Positions 1-12,368 are shown, counted from the first letter of the stretch. The stretch: 64,000 nt of DNA from an uncultured Acidobacteriota bacterium (GCA_963713825.1 CAVQNG010000003.1:1632001-1696000); one strand, 5' to 3'. Numbers and translations are program-made. The notes: generated by a model from the sequence alone, not told the origin.

Positions 1-443
1 TGGGCAAGCACCGACTCCTGAGTGAGCACCTGGCTCTCGAGCTGGGCCTCGAGCATGACGTAGTCGGCCTCGACGGCCCGTAGCTCGGACGTGGCGTCCG
101 CGATCTGCTGCTCCAGCTCCGGACTGGAGAGCTCGAGCAGAATTGTGTCCGCCTCGACGACCGTGCCGGGGAGCACCAGGATGCGTTCGACTCGACCCTG
201 GGTAGCTGCGGTGATCCATTGCAGGCTCTCGGGGACCAGTGTGCCCGGACCGCGAACTTGGCGGAGCATCTCTCCCCGTTCGACATTCGAGAAGTACAGA
301 GCGCCGCCCTCGACCGTCGGCGCGGCGGGCTCGAGCTGGGCCAGACCGAAGGTGACCAGGAGAACCGCAGCCAGTGCCACCCCGATCAGGATGGTCCTCT
401 TGCGCCTTTTCTGGCGCGCTACGTCGGTTCGCTGTACGTCCAT
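1..443 (-). CDS. HlyD-family efflux periplasmic adaptor (membrane fusion protein), 5' part; continues past window start
   Basis: Manual translation from ATG 443: MDVQRTDVARQKRRKRTILIGVALAAVLLVTFGLAQLEPAAPTV...VERGEMLRQVRGPGTLVPE...GRVERILVLPGTVVEADTILLELSSPEL. Basic N-terminus, TM anchor and barrel-sandwich motif. Not in the ORF track because it is truncated. Confidence 0.88.
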   Translation of the reverse strand, partial: MDVQRTDVARQKRRKRTILIGVALAAVLLVTFGLAQLEPAAPTVEGGALYFSNVERGEMLRQVRGPGTLVPESLQWITAATQGRVERILVLPGTVVEADTILLELSSPELEQQIADATSELRAVEADYVMLEAQLESQVLTQESVLA

Positions 444-468
444 GAGGTCGCTCTCCACCGGACACTAG

Positions 469-484
469 AGCAGGCTCCGTGCCA
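469..484 (-). promoter_or_regulatory. sigma-54 (-24/-12) promoter of the HlyD gene
   Basis: Minus strand TGGCACGGAGCCTGCT (GG-N10-GC), about 25 nt upstream of the ATG; AT-rich IHF-like tract at about 497-525. Confidence 0.75.
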
Positions 485-549
485 GGTCAGGGGTAGTGTT
501 TAAGTGTTGATTTGAAAAGAGTTACAGGGAGGACCGCAGAAGCCTCGAG

Positions 550-585
550 TGTCCGATTTTGGGACGGAAGGTCCAGAATCGGAAT
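550..585. promoter_or_regulatory. putative enhancer (bEBP binding) sites
   Basis: Imperfect palindrome GTCCGATTTTGGGAC (551-565) plus a second related site (571-585); near-identical motif at 39239-39253 upstream of another sigma-54 promoter. Confidence 0.6.
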
Positions 586-636
586 GCCAGCGGCGACTGA
601 TGAGATGCCTAATGCAGGAGCGCTGGAACCCGCCGG

Positions 637-665
637 TTGACACTCGCCAGCGGCGTCGCTATATT
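637..665 (+). promoter_or_regulatory. sigma-70 promoter of tRNA-Ala
   Basis: TTGACA (637-642), 17-nt spacer, TATATT (660-665), 20 nt upstream of the tRNA. Confidence 0.85.
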
Positions 666-685
666 CCTCAGTCCTCGCCATTCGT

Positions 686-761
<76 letters not shown>

Positions 762-1185
762 TTTAACTCTCTTGTTTTCAGTTAGATAGAGAAGATCCGG
801 CGAGCCTGAGTGCTGCGCCGGTTCTGGATCTGCTCACCTTTCGCCCACGACCACCGGTAGCTCGTCATCCAGTTCGGGCCCTTAGGTCCGTGCCAGCGGG
901 CTGAGGGTATTCCTCCAGTACTTCTTTGCCGCCGTGGATACCGTGTCGCCCGGCGCCTGTGACGCCACGCGCGAGCTTCTGGCTGCCGGGTCGCTGACCG
1001 GCTTGGTGGTGGGTGTCTTGGCTCCCTCGCAGTCAGATGTCCGGGGCCTTTCGAGCTAATGATTTGCGACAGAGTGAGATAGACCACGACCCAGAGTGTT
1101 TGCTCTATGTCTGCTCGCCCTTTTTCGAGGACGATCAAGAGCAGGCTGGTAGAGGCCGTAAACTATTGTGAATAAGAGAATTAAC

Positions 1186-1230
1186 TGGTTCCCAGGGCTG
1201 GCATCGAACCAGTGGCACCACGATTCTCAG
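1186..1230 (-). pseudogene. degenerate tRNA-Phe-like 3' half (att-site remnant)
   Basis: Minus strand CTGAGAATCGTGGTGCCACTGGTTCGATGCCAGCCCTGGGAACCA resembles bacterial tRNA-Phe from the anticodon loop (CTGAAAATCGTGGTGTC...GGTTCGATTCC...CCCTGGGCACCA) to CCA; no 5' half present. Confidence 0.7.
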
Positions 1231-1245
1231 AGCCAGAGTATTGCG

Positions 1246-3333
1246 TCACTTCAAGCCGGCTTCCTGTAACGCGCCCATCATGCGTCGATCGACGTCCGGC
1301 CCCATCGCGCCGAGGACGCGGCGAACCATCTCCAGCGACACCTCCGGCACGAGTTGGCGCGCTTCGCGGATCGCGGCCTGCGCCACTTCGAGCTGCCCGA
1401 GTCCAACCGCGTTCATAGCGCACCAGAGCTGCCCAAAGTAGTACTCCGGCCACAGCGCGATGAGCCGGCGGCTCGCCTCCAGACCCTCGTCGAAGCGCCC
1501 GGCGTTGAAGTACGCACCGGCGAGGACGTCATGAAAGAGCCATTCGGTCGGATCCCGCGGGCTGAGCTTCATCGCCCGGTGCACCAGCTCGATGCTGTCT
1601 TCCGGGGGATGACCAGTCATGTGCCAGAAATAGGCGTGGAAGAGCATCGCCATCGGCTGGCTCGGATTCAGCTCCATGCCCCGTCGCGACTCCTCGATCG
1701 CGGCGTTGGCGTCGCCAGCCGTCATCAGAGCGAATGCCAGCTCGGCATGAGCTTCGGGATTCCGAGGATCGAGATCGACGGCGCGGCGCGCTTGGGTGAG
1801 GGCCAGTTCGACGGTCTCGTCGGGAGAATCGGTCCAGCCGTGGAGAACCTGCCAGATCCCCACCTCGGCCAGGCGCGCCCACGCCGTGGAGAACTGCGGC
1901 TCGAGCTCGGTGGCTCGCTCGAGCAGGGCCTGCCCCTGTTCGAAGTTCTCGCGCGTGAACCGGTAGAAGAAGCCGAGGGCGCGCTGGTAGAGGCCCCACG
2001 CCTCGAGGCTCTCCGGCGTGCGGTGCTGGACCTGTGCGTGCTCGGCGTGCTGCAGATCCACCACGAGCGAGGCCGCAATCGCCTCACTGATCTCGTCCTG
2101 CACAGCGAACACGTCGGTCAATTCGCGATCATAGGTCTGCACCCACACGTTCTGCCCCGTGACCGCGTCGACGAGCTGCGCGGCGATGCGCACCCGGCTT
2201 CCCGCCTTGCGTACGCTGCCCTGGACGACGTAACGGACACCGAGCCCGGACGAGACCTCCTTCAGGTCGACGTCCTTGCCCTTATACGAGAAGCTCGAGT
2301 TGCGCGCAATCACGGGGAACGCCCGCCACAGAGACAGGCGGGCAATGAGGTCCTCGGCGAGACCGTCGGCAAAGTACTCCTGCTCGGGGTCTCCGGAGCG
2401 ATTCTCGAACGGCAGCACCGCGACGGCGGGCCGACCACCGAAACCGGGCACGGTCGCCGTCTCGGTGGGTGGCGGGCCAGCCACCGGTGCGCGGTCGACC
2501 AGATCGAGCTCGCTCAGCACTTCCCCCGGCGTCTGAAACCGGTGGTCCGGCGCCTTCTCCAGGCAGCGCGCGATCACTTGCGCCAATCCGTCCGGCAGGT
2601 CGGCCCGCAGCTCGCCGGGTGGCGGCGGCGTGTCGCGTAGGATCGCAGAGGCGAGCTCGGCGGATGACGGTCCTTCGAAGGGTCGCCGGCCGATCGCCAT
2701 TTCGTAAAGGACGACGCCCAGGGAGAAGATGTCGGAGCGGTGATCCACTGACAGGCCCGAGACCTGCTCCGGCGACATGTACGGCACCGTCCCCATCACG
2801 ACGCCCTCACGCGTCAGCAACTCGGTGGCCAGCTCCGAGCCGCCGGGCCGCTCCTCCGGCGCCTCGCTCATCCGCGCGAGGCCGAAGTCGAGGACCTTCA
2901 CACGGTCCTCGGCCGTCACCATGACGTTGGCGGGTTTCAAATCGCGGTGGACGATGCCCTTCTCGTAAGCGGCAGCGAGAGCCTCGGTGAGTGCGATAGC
3001 AATCTCGAGGATCCGCTCGACCGGCAGCCCGCTGTCGGGGATCAGTTGGTCGAGCGACTGCCCCTCGACGAGCTGCATCGTCAGGAAATGGACGCCGCCC
3101 GATTCCTCTACGGAGAACACGGTGACGATGCCGGGGTGATCGAGTGCGGCGAGCGCCTTCGCCTCGCGCCGGAACCGCTCGAGCCACTCCGCGCTCGAGG
3201 CCATCTCGGCCGGCAGCACCTTCAGCGCCACCTCACGACCGAGCTTGGTGTCGGTGGCCCGGTACACCTCCCCCATCCCGCCCTCGCCCAGCTTGGCGGT
3301 GATCCCGTAGTGGGAGAGAGTCTGGCCGATCAA
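1246..3333 (-). CDS. soluble Hanks-type Ser/Thr kinase with TolB-like and TPR domains
   Basis: GEGGMGEVY, VALK, HRDLKPAN, DFG, GTVPYMSPE; then AVLPFENRSGDPEQEYFADG (TolB-like) and TPRs; no TM. Probable TTG start at 3333 (ORF track starts at 3354). Confidence 0.93.
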   Translation of the reverse strand: MIGQTLSHYGITAKLGEGGMGEVYRATDTKLGREVALKVLPAEMASSAEWLERFRREAKALAALDHPGIVTVFSVEESGGVHFLTMQLVEGQSLDQLIPDSGLPVERILEIAIALTEALAAAYEKGIVHRDLKPANVMVTAEDRVKVLDFGLARMSEAPEERPGGSELATELLTREGVVMGTVPYMSPEQVSGLSVDHRSDIFSLGVVLYEMAIGRRPFEGPSSAELASAILRDTPPPPGELRADLPDGLAQVIARCLEKAPDHRFQTPGEVLSELDLVDRAPVAGPPPTETATVPGFGGRPAVAVLPFENRSGDPEQEYFADGLAEDLIARLSLWRAFPVIARNSSFSYKGKDVDLKEVSSGLGVRYVVQGSVRKAGSRVRIAAQLVDAVTGQNVWVQTYDRELTDVFAVQDEISEAIAASLVVDLQHAEHAQVQHRTPESLEAWGLYQRALGFFYRFTRENFEQGQALLERATELEPQFSTAWARLAEVGIWQVLHGWTDSPDETVELALTQARRAVDLDPRNPEAHAELAFALMTAGDANAAIEESRRGMELNPSQPMAMLFHAYFWHMTGHPPEDSIELVHRAMKLSPRDPTEWLFHDVLAGAYFNAGRFDEGLEASRRLIALWPEYYFGQLWCAMNAVGLGQLEVAQAAIREARQLVPEVSLEMVRRVLGAMGPDVDRRMMGALQEAGLK

Positions 3334-3400
3334 GGTGCGGCGATTGTAGCGCAAGGGCGGCCTGTCTACCCCGCGATCATCGCCCCGGCCGGCGCTAAGC

Positions 3401-3420
3401 TGCTCACCGTTTGCTCACCA
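3401..3420 (+). repeat. 11-bp-period direct repeat, integrase arm-site-like; related copies at 831-850 and 5796-5815
   Basis: TGCTCACCGTTTGCTCACCA; the other two copies each match 16/20. Confidence 0.55.
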
Positions 3421-3550
3421 ACTCAGGCTAACTCGCCTATCTCATGGGAATTCTCAGGAACAACCATTTTGGGGAAGCCATCGTTCCGCCTGACTCCGCC
3501 AATCTCGAGAAGACTCCTCGCACCTCCCCGGATGAGCCCTACCACGAAAG

Positions 3551-3571
3551 GGCATTCAAGAGGTCGTCGGT
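3551..3571 (+). repeat. tRNA-Ala fragment (att duplicate)
   Basis: GGCATTCAAGAGGTCGTCGGT is identical to tRNA positions 719-739 and starts at the anticodon. Confidence 0.8.
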
Positions 3572-3709
3572 GGGCCATCGAGCCTGATGGACCTGCACGG
3601 CACGATTGCAGTAACCTGAATCCCGATTCAAGCGCATCTTTCCTCGAGAGGCCTGCGCAAGCCTGACCATCAGTTCCGGACTCCTTGAACAGGAGAGGGA
3701 GATACCACC

Positions 3710-5704
3710 ATGCGTAGATCTGTCACTTCGATCGTCACCGGTCTGATTCTCGGTATGGCCTTCTTGGCCTGCCAGGGCCCAGAGACTACCTCAGTGAGCG
3801 GAGAGGCCACGGCACCGGAGAACCTGGTTGCCGACACCCCCAAGACCACAGTCATGGGCAACACGTTTGTCGCCCCTGAAGGTTGGACCCTGTCGGTGCG
3901 TGGCCCGGCGACCATTCTCCAGCCCCCGGAAGGCGGCTCCTCGATCGTACTGGTCGATGTGGAAGCCGAAGACGCCGACGGAGCGGTGGCCGCTGCCTGG
4001 GAGGCCTACAAAGAGCTGGCCTGGCCCCTCAAGGTCACCAACGACCAGCCCGACAAGGACGGTTGGTCCAAGAAGCGGCGTTATGAATACCAGACGTCGC
4101 CCAACGAGCATCGAGCCGTGGTGGCCGGGACGAGGTTTGCCAACGACGTCTGGACCGTCTGGATCTACGACATGGCCTACGACGTGGGCGAGAAGCGTGG
4201 CGGGCAGGTGTCGCTGATCTTCGATCGTCTCCTTCCCAAGGGCTATTCGCGTGAGAGCTTCGCCGGCAAGACGGCCCACAAGCTCGACGAGGGCCGACTG
4301 GCCGAGATAGCCCGGTTTGTCCAGGACGGCATGAAGGCCACCGGTGTGCCGGGTGTCTCCTACGGCATCGTCCAGGATGGTGAGGTCGTCTTCGCCGGCG
4401 GCTTTGGTGTCCGGGAGCTCGGCCAGCCGGAAGCCCCCGATGCTGACACCCTTTACATGATCGCCTCGAACACCAAGGGCCTCTCCACCCTTCTGCTGGC
4501 CAAACTGGTCGACGAGGGCAGGCTCGCCTGGGACACCCAGGTCAAGAGTGTCTGGCCCACCTTTGCGGTGGGGGAACCAGAGACGACCGACCAGGTCCTG
4601 ATCGAGCATCTGGTCTGCGCCTGCACCGGGATGCCCCGGCAGGATATGGAGTGGCTCTTCCAATTCGACGGTGTGACGCCAGACGATGCGATGACGCTTC
4701 TGGGCACCATGCAGCCCACCAGTGATTTCGGCGATCTGTTCCAGTACTCCAACATGCTAGCTGGGGCTGGGGGTTTTACCGGCGGCTACATGATGTACCC
4801 GGATCTCGAGCTGGGGGCCGCCTACGACAAGGCAATGAAAACGGCAGTCTTCGACCCCTTGGGGATGACCTCGACCACCTTCGATTACGACCGGGCCATG
4901 GCCGGCAACTTCGCCGGTGCTCATGCACCCGATGTGGATGGCAACCCGGCCGTGGCGGTCTTCGAGCTCAATTACTCCATTATTCCGCTCCGTCCCGCCG
5001 GCGCCGGCTGGAGCAACGTCAACGACATGCTCCGCTACATCGCCATGGAGGTTGCCGAAGGCAAGCTCCCCGACGGCAGTAACTACATCTCGAAAGAGGC
5101 GCTCCTCGAGCGGCGCCAGTCGATGATCTCCCTCGGCAACGACGCCTTCTATGGCATGGGTCTGATGGTGGACTCCACCTACGGCATCCCGGTGGTCCAT
5201 CATGGTGGCGACATGGTCGGCTACCACAGCGACATGATGTGGCTGCCCGACCATGGCGTGGGAGCCGTGATCCTGACGAATGGCGACCCTGGCTGGTACA
5301 TCCGGAACCGCTTCCAGCGCAAGCTCTTGGAGGTGCTCTTCGACGGTGAGCCCCTGGCCGACGAGGAGTTGGCTGCCGATGCCGAGCGTTACTACGAGAA
5401 CATGGCTGCTGATCGGCAGCTCCTCGATCGCCCCGCCGACAGGCAAGCCGTGGGCAAGCTGGCTTCGCGGTACAGCAACAGCGCACTGGGTGAGATCGCG
5501 GTGAGCGGTGACGACGAAGTCACGGTCTTCGACTTCGGCGAGTGGCACAGCGAGGTCGCTACCCGCCAGAACCCCGACGGAACGGTCTCCTTCATTACCA
5601 TCACTCCAGGGATGATCGGCTTCGAGTTCGTCGTCGGTGACGGAGATCAGCGTACGCTCGTCGTCCGCGACGCCCAGCACGAATACGTGTTCGAGGAAAT
5701 GTAG
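3710..5704 (+). CDS. serine hydrolase, beta-lactamase/PBP family, probable lipoprotein
   Basis: Lipobox-like FLAC; SxxK (ASNTK), YSN and HHGG motifs; extra N-terminal domain. Confidence 0.88.
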   Translation: MRRSVTSIVTGLILGMAFLACQGPETTSVSGEATAPENLVADTPKTTVMGNTFVAPEGWTLSVRGPATILQPPEGGSSIVLVDVEAEDADGAVAAAWEAYKELAWPLKVTNDQPDKDGWSKKRRYEYQTSPNEHRAVVAGTRFANDVWTVWIYDMAYDVGEKRGGQVSLIFDRLLPKGYSRESFAGKTAHKLDEGRLAEIARFVQDGMKATGVPGVSYGIVQDGEVVFAGGFGVRELGQPEAPDADTLYMIASNTKGLSTLLLAKLVDEGRLAWDTQVKSVWPTFAVGEPETTDQVLIEHLVCACTGMPRQDMEWLFQFDGVTPDDAMTLLGTMQPTSDFGDLFQYSNMLAGAGGFTGGYMMYPDLELGAAYDKAMKTAVFDPLGMTSTTFDYDRAMAGNFAGAHAPDVDGNPAVAVFELNYSIIPLRPAGAGWSNVNDMLRYIAMEVAEGKLPDGSNYISKEALLERRQSMISLGNDAFYGMGLMVDSTYGIPVVHHGGDMVGYHSDMMWLPDHGVGAVILTNGDPGWYIRNRFQRKLLEVLFDGEPLADEELAADAERYYENMAADRQLLDRPADRQAVGKLASRYSNSALGEIAVSGDDEVTVFDFGEWHSEVATRQNPDGTVSFITITPGMIGFEFVVGDGDQRTLVVRDAQHEYVFEEM

Positions 5705-5920
5705 GCCCCCGCGGGGCGGCTACCACCGATCGTAGGATCCCGGGAACCGCAATGGGCGAGGGCCCTGAGTGACTGGGGTCCGCGGTTGCCTGCTCTTCTG
5801 ATCGTTTGCTCACGAACTCAACCAAGCTCCCCCGTGTGAGCGGAGCTCTCTAGATGAGCGCTCTGTCTGGCATCGAGCGCCACGTGACATAAGATCGCAC
5901 ACGATCTTGGAGAGCTACGG

Positions 5921-8251
<2,331 letters not shown>

Positions 8252-8543
8252 GGCTCCACCCGCGCCCGCAGCGGTCGGACGAGAGGCAGTGTGATCCGAC
8301 AAGCTCGGGGCGGCGTGGGGTGCAAGCGAGCGGGGGCCGTTGACCGACAGGACATCAGATGGGGCCGAGTAGGAAATCGCTTTTCCTACGCTGCGGGGTC
8401 TTGGGTTGTGGTGGAACAGGAATGGATTGCCGAGACCTGACAGTGAAGCAAGTCGCGCCTCTAAGGACGTAGAATTGCCGTTGTAGTTCCTCAAGTCAAT
8501 GAAGCCGAATTGGTTTCTCCACCATTCCCAGCAGGAGGATCCT

Positions 8544-9431
8544 ATGAATATCACCAACCAGCTCGAAGGAAACGTCCCTTTTCTCGATGTGAAGCTGTTC
8601 GACCTCGGTACGACACCGATAACCGTGGCCACAGTTGCCGTGATGGTGGCTGTGATGCTGGCGACCGGGGTGGTGTCCTGGGTGGCTACCCGGGCCATCA
8701 AGAAAGCCTTCAAGCTCCGCAGTTTGGAGGACGAGGGAACCCTCGGGGTGGTGACCCGCCTGACCCACTATCTGATCCTGGGCGCTGGTCTATTCGTGGC
8801 CCTGCGGATCGCGGGTATCGACCTGACGGCCTTGTTTGCAGCAGGTGCTGTGTTTGCCGTCGCGATTGGCTTCGCCATGCAGAACATCACGGCGAATTTC
8901 GTGTCCGGGGTCATTTTGCTGTCGGAACGAGTAATCAAGCCGGGAGATGTCTTGAATGTCGACGGCAACCTGGTGCGGGTGCGGGACATGGGCATTCGAG
9001 CCACCATCGTGCGCACCCTCGACGACGAAGACCTCATCATCCCGAACTCGATGCTGGTGCAGTCGACCGTGACCAACTACACCTTCCGCGACACCCTGAT
9101 GCGACTACGAGTCGCGGTGGGCGTCTCTTACGGCTCGGACCTCCAGCTGGTCAAGCAGGTACTGAATGACGCGGCTGGCGCACTCGACTGGCGTCTTCAG
9201 GAAAAGGACCCAGTAGTCCTCCTCACCGATTTCGGAACCTCTTCGGTGGACTTCGAGGTGTCCGTCTGGGTCGGGGATCCGTGGAGGAGTCGACGGTGTA
9301 GATCGGATCTCCGAGAGGCGATCTGGTGGGCACTCAAAGAGGCAGGCGTCACCATCGCCTTCCCGCAGCTCGATCTGCACCTCGACAAGCCGGTGGTACA
9401 GTCTCTGGAAGGACTCCGAGCGACAGCATGA
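8544..9431 (+). CDS. mscS: small-conductance mechanosensitive channel, MscS family
   Basis: 3 TMs, GFAMQN..ANFVSGVILL, GIRAT, IPNS, VGVSYGSD, IAFPQ; RBS GGAGG before ATG 8544. Confidence 0.9.
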   Translation: MNITNQLEGNVPFLDVKLFDLGTTPITVATVAVMVAVMLATGVVSWVATRAIKKAFKLRSLEDEGTLGVVTRLTHYLILGAGLFVALRIAGIDLTALFAAGAVFAVAIGFAMQNITANFVSGVILLSERVIKPGDVLNVDGNLVRVRDMGIRATIVRTLDDEDLIIPNSMLVQSTVTNYTFRDTLMRLRVAVGVSYGSDLQLVKQVLNDAAGALDWRLQEKDPVVLLTDFGTSSVDFEVSVWVGDPWRSRRCRSDLREAIWWALKEAGVTIAFPQLDLHLDKPVVQSLEGLRATA

Positions 9432-10531
9432 GTCGGCCGAAAGACAAGCAACTCTCCTCGAGCGCGCCTAGGCGCGGCCTGGATCGAATGGTCCAGGCCG
9501 CAGGTAGGGCTCCGGGAGTACTCTCGATCGATCCCAGCTGGCCATCGCCCGTCCTGCGATTAATGGCCTATGGACCAGACGGCTACGTCGAACAGGAGAT
9601 CGGTGTCGACGAGGTTGAAGAACATCTGGGCACCTGGCCGGTGGTCTGGATCAACGTCGACGGCCTGGGCGATGAGAGCACCCTGAGCCGCCTCGGCGAG
9701 ATCTTTTCACTGCACAGATTGGCGCTCGAGGATGTGGTCAACCTGGGTCAGCGAGCCAAGGTCGAGGCCTATGAGGAGGATCTGTTCATTGTCGCCAGAG
9801 CTCCAGGAACCGACCTCTCTTCAGGTGAGCAGGTAACGATGTTTCTGGGCCCGCGTTTTGTCTTGTCGTTCCAGGAGAGAGCTGGCGACAACTTCGACGG
9901 CATCAGAGAGAGGGTCCGGCACGGCAAGGGCAAGATTCGGAAGAGCGGCCCGGACTACCTCGTCTACGCTCTTGTGGATGCCGTGATCGACAGCTATTTC
10001 CCGGTTCTCGAAGGAATTTCGGAAGCCCTGGAGGTAGTCGAGCAGGAGGTGCTCGGGTCCCCCGACCAGCGAACGGTTTCGCATGTCTATGCAATCAAGC
10101 GCCGACTGCTGGATCTCAGGCGCAGCATCACGCCCCATCGGGAGGCGTTGAATTCGCTGATTCGAGACCCCGGAGACCAGATCGGGGATGAGACCGCTCT
10201 CTACCTTCGAGATACCTACGACCACACAATGCGGATCGCGGAGATGGTCGACTCGCAGCGGGATCTGTGCTCCGACTTGATGGCAACCTACCTTTCGGTG
10301 GCCAGCAACAGGATGAACGAAGTCATGAAGGTCTTGTCGATCATCGGCACGATCTTCATCCCGCTGGGGTTTATCGCGGGCGTCTACGGAATGAACTTCG
10401 ATCCCGACGCCTCGGCCTTCAACATGCCGGAGTTGGGTTGGTATCTGGGCTATCCATTTGCGCTTCTCCTGATGGGGACCACGGCCCTCGGCCTCTTGAT
10501 CTACTTCTGGAAGAAGGGCTGGTTCAAGTAA
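9428..10531 (+). CDS. corA: magnesium/cobalt transporter CorA
   Basis: LHRLALEDV, YGMNF and MPEL signatures; ATG 9428 overlaps the mscS stop. Confidence 0.93.
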   Translation: MSRPKDKQLSSSAPRRGLDRMVQAAGRAPGVLSIDPSWPSPVLRLMAYGPDGYVEQEIGVDEVEEHLGTWPVVWINVDGLGDESTLSRLGEIFSLHRLALEDVVNLGQRAKVEAYEEDLFIVARAPGTDLSSGEQVTMFLGPRFVLSFQERAGDNFDGIRERVRHGKGKIRKSGPDYLVYALVDAVIDSYFPVLEGISEALEVVEQEVLGSPDQRTVSHVYAIKRRLLDLRRSITPHREALNSLIRDPGDQIGDETALYLRDTYDHTMRIAEMVDSQRDLCSDLMATYLSVASNRMNEVMKVLSIIGTIFIPLGFIAGVYGMNFDPDASAFNMPELGWYLGYPFALLLMGTTALGLLIYFWKKGWFK

Positions 10532-10537
10532 GAACAC

Positions 10538-11056
10538 ATGGCGAAAATCAGACATCCCGACCGGCTGATTGTCGGCTGGCGCGAGTGGGTCAGCCTGCCC
10601 GACCTGGGGATCGATTGGATCAAGGTGAAGGTCGACACTGGCGCTCGCTCCTCTTCGCTCCACGCCTACGACTTGCAGGAGTTCGTACGAGGTGGCGAGA
10701 GGTGGGTGCGCTTCAAGGTTCACCCTGTGCAGCGCAACAGCGCCCAGGTCGTGCAAGCCGAGGCGGCGGTTCTCGAGTTTCGATCGGTACGAAGCTCGAG
10801 CGGCAGGGCCACGATGCGGCCGGTCATCGTCACGAATATCGCCTTGCTCGGTTTCACCTGGCCGGTCGAGCTGACTCTCGCCAATCGCGACGCCATGGGC
10901 TTTCGGATGCTGCTGGGCCGCCAGGCCTTCCGGCGGCGATTCCTTGTCGACGGTGGCAGGTCTTACTACGGCGGAAGACCGCAACGAAAGAAATCGAAGC
11001 AGAGGAATATTCGCCGCCACCGCAGCGCAGTCGGAGAAGTGACGGAGGAGACATGA
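10538..11056 (+). CDS. RimK-associated aspartic-fold protease (RimB / putative ATP-dependent Zn protease family)
   Basis: VGWREWVSLPDLG...KVDTGARSSSLHA...ELTLANRDAMGFRMLLGR. Confidence 0.9.
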   Translation: MAKIRHPDRLIVGWREWVSLPDLGIDWIKVKVDTGARSSSLHAYDLQEFVRGGERWVRFKVHPVQRNSAQVVQAEAAVLEFRSVRSSSGRATMRPVIVTNIALLGFTWPVELTLANRDAMGFRMLLGRQAFRRRFLVDGGRSYYGGRPQRKKSKQRNIRRHRSAVGEVTEET

Positions 11057-11083
11057 AACTCGGAATTCTCTCGCGCAGTTCGT
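11053..11083 (+). pseudogene. rimK: truncated 5' end of rimK
   Basis: GGAGGAG RBS then ATG encoding MKLGILSRSS, overlapping the RimB-like stop as in rimB-rimK operons; frame ends at about 11112. Confidence 0.7.
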
Positions 11084-12233
11084 CACGATTCTCTTTCTCA
11101 CCCTCTACGTGACCATCAATCTGAGCGCTGCCGCCGAGAAGATCGCAGGAGACCCGTCATTTCGTCCGACCATCAACGTCCCCTGGGCGATCTCTCTTCT
11201 CGGATCCGTTGGTGCCGTGGTCGTGATGTTCCTCATCAGTCCCTGGGCATGCGTCATCGCGATCGCCCTCGAGTTGGCCCTGTATCTGTATCTTCGACGT
11301 CGGTCACTGCAGCGACGTTGGGGAGATGCTCGAGCCGGCGTATGGGTGTCGCTCGCCCGGGTGGCATTGCTGAAACTGCGCTCGCATGGGACGGATCCTC
11401 GCAACTGGCGCCCCCACATTCTGGTCTTCGTTGGAGATCCAGACAAGAGGATTGGACTCGTGCGACTGGCAAGCTGGTTCAATCAGGGTCGTGGGATCGT
11501 GACCGCGAGCCAGCTGGTCGTCGGAGATCTGACCAAAGAGGATTTCGACGTCGAGCAGTGGCACAGCGAAATGGAGCGTGCCCTCACCACCAACGGACTT
11601 CTCGCCTTCAGCGAGGTGGATGTCGTTCGAGATTTCGAGAGCGGTGTCATCGATACCGTGCAGGCAAACGGAATCGCGGGACTCCAGTCGAATACCGTCC
11701 TCGTGGGTTGGCCTCAAAAACCAGGTCGACTCGAAGCCTGGCTTCGCATCATGAGGGGCCTGTCGAAAGTCGGCAAGAGCACACTGATTGCTCGGCTCAA
11801 CTGGGCCCACGAGCCGGGACAGGAGAAGCGGATCGATCTGTGGTGGGGCGGCCTGGAGAACAACGGAGACATGATGCTCATGCTGGCCTACCTGCTCAGC
11901 CTGAATTCCGAATGGAGCGATGCGAGAATCGTCATCCGCTCGATCGCCAGAAGCGAAGACGAGAAGCAACTCCAAGGGGAAGGCCTGCAGTCTTTGCTCC
12001 AGGAGATTCGCATCCACGCGGAGACAGAGATCATTACCAAGCCCCAGGGCGAGACGATCGCAGAAGTCATTCGTCGCTGCAGCGCCGACGCCGACCTGGT
12101 CTTCCTTGGTCTTCAGGATCCCAAGATCGGAAGCGAGGCAGCCTACGCCAAGCGAATGGAGGCGCTCACCGAGGGCCTCAACACAACTGTCTTCGTTCGC
12201 AACGCAGGAGAGTTCGCCGGCAAGCTGGTCTGA
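11073..12233 (+). pseudogene. C-terminal half of a cation-chloride cotransporter (SLC12-like amino-acid permease family)
   Basis: AQFVTILFLTLYVTINL...GDPSFRPT...RNWRPHILV...IDLWWGGLENNGDMMLMLAYLL...ADLVFLGL; N-terminal TMs missing. Confidence 0.8.
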
Positions 12234-12368
12234 ACGACAGAGAATGCGTTGCAGCCTGGATTGACTATTTCTTTCGGAGCGACTCGAGTAGGCCGACGAC
12301 CTGGCCTGTCGTGGAGCGCACCGCGCTGTCCTTGCCGGATGTCCGGGGCGTGTCGAGCTGGTGCCGGT

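Larger units (their letters stand above)
762..3571. mobile_element. remnant integrative island in tRNA-Ala (no integrase; cargo is one kinase gene)
   Basis: Bounded by the intact tRNA and a 21-nt direct duplicate of its anticodon-to-T-arm segment at 3551-3571; arm-like repeats at 831-850 and 3401-3420. Confidence 0.6.

Noticed and set aside
782-1138. 118-aa ORF next to the tRNA, considered as an integrase remnant
   Set aside because: No tyrosine- or serine-recombinase motifs recognised in the frames examined.
1354-2640. 428-aa plus-strand ORF, and similar long ORFs at 9821-11101, 29420-31981, 56555-58051 and 62390-63628
   Set aside because: Antisense shadows of well-supported genes, expected from GC-rich codon bias; no recognisable motifs.
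3710-5704. Beta-lactamase as an antibiotic resistance gene
   Set aside because: Fold motifs only; the large multi-domain form fits peptidase/esterase members and the activity is unknown.
8252-8260. GGCTCCACC, matching the tRNA-Ala 3' end, right after the second kinase stop
   Set aside because: A 9-nt match is expected by chance in a window of this size. Used only as a tentative outer limit, not called as an att site.
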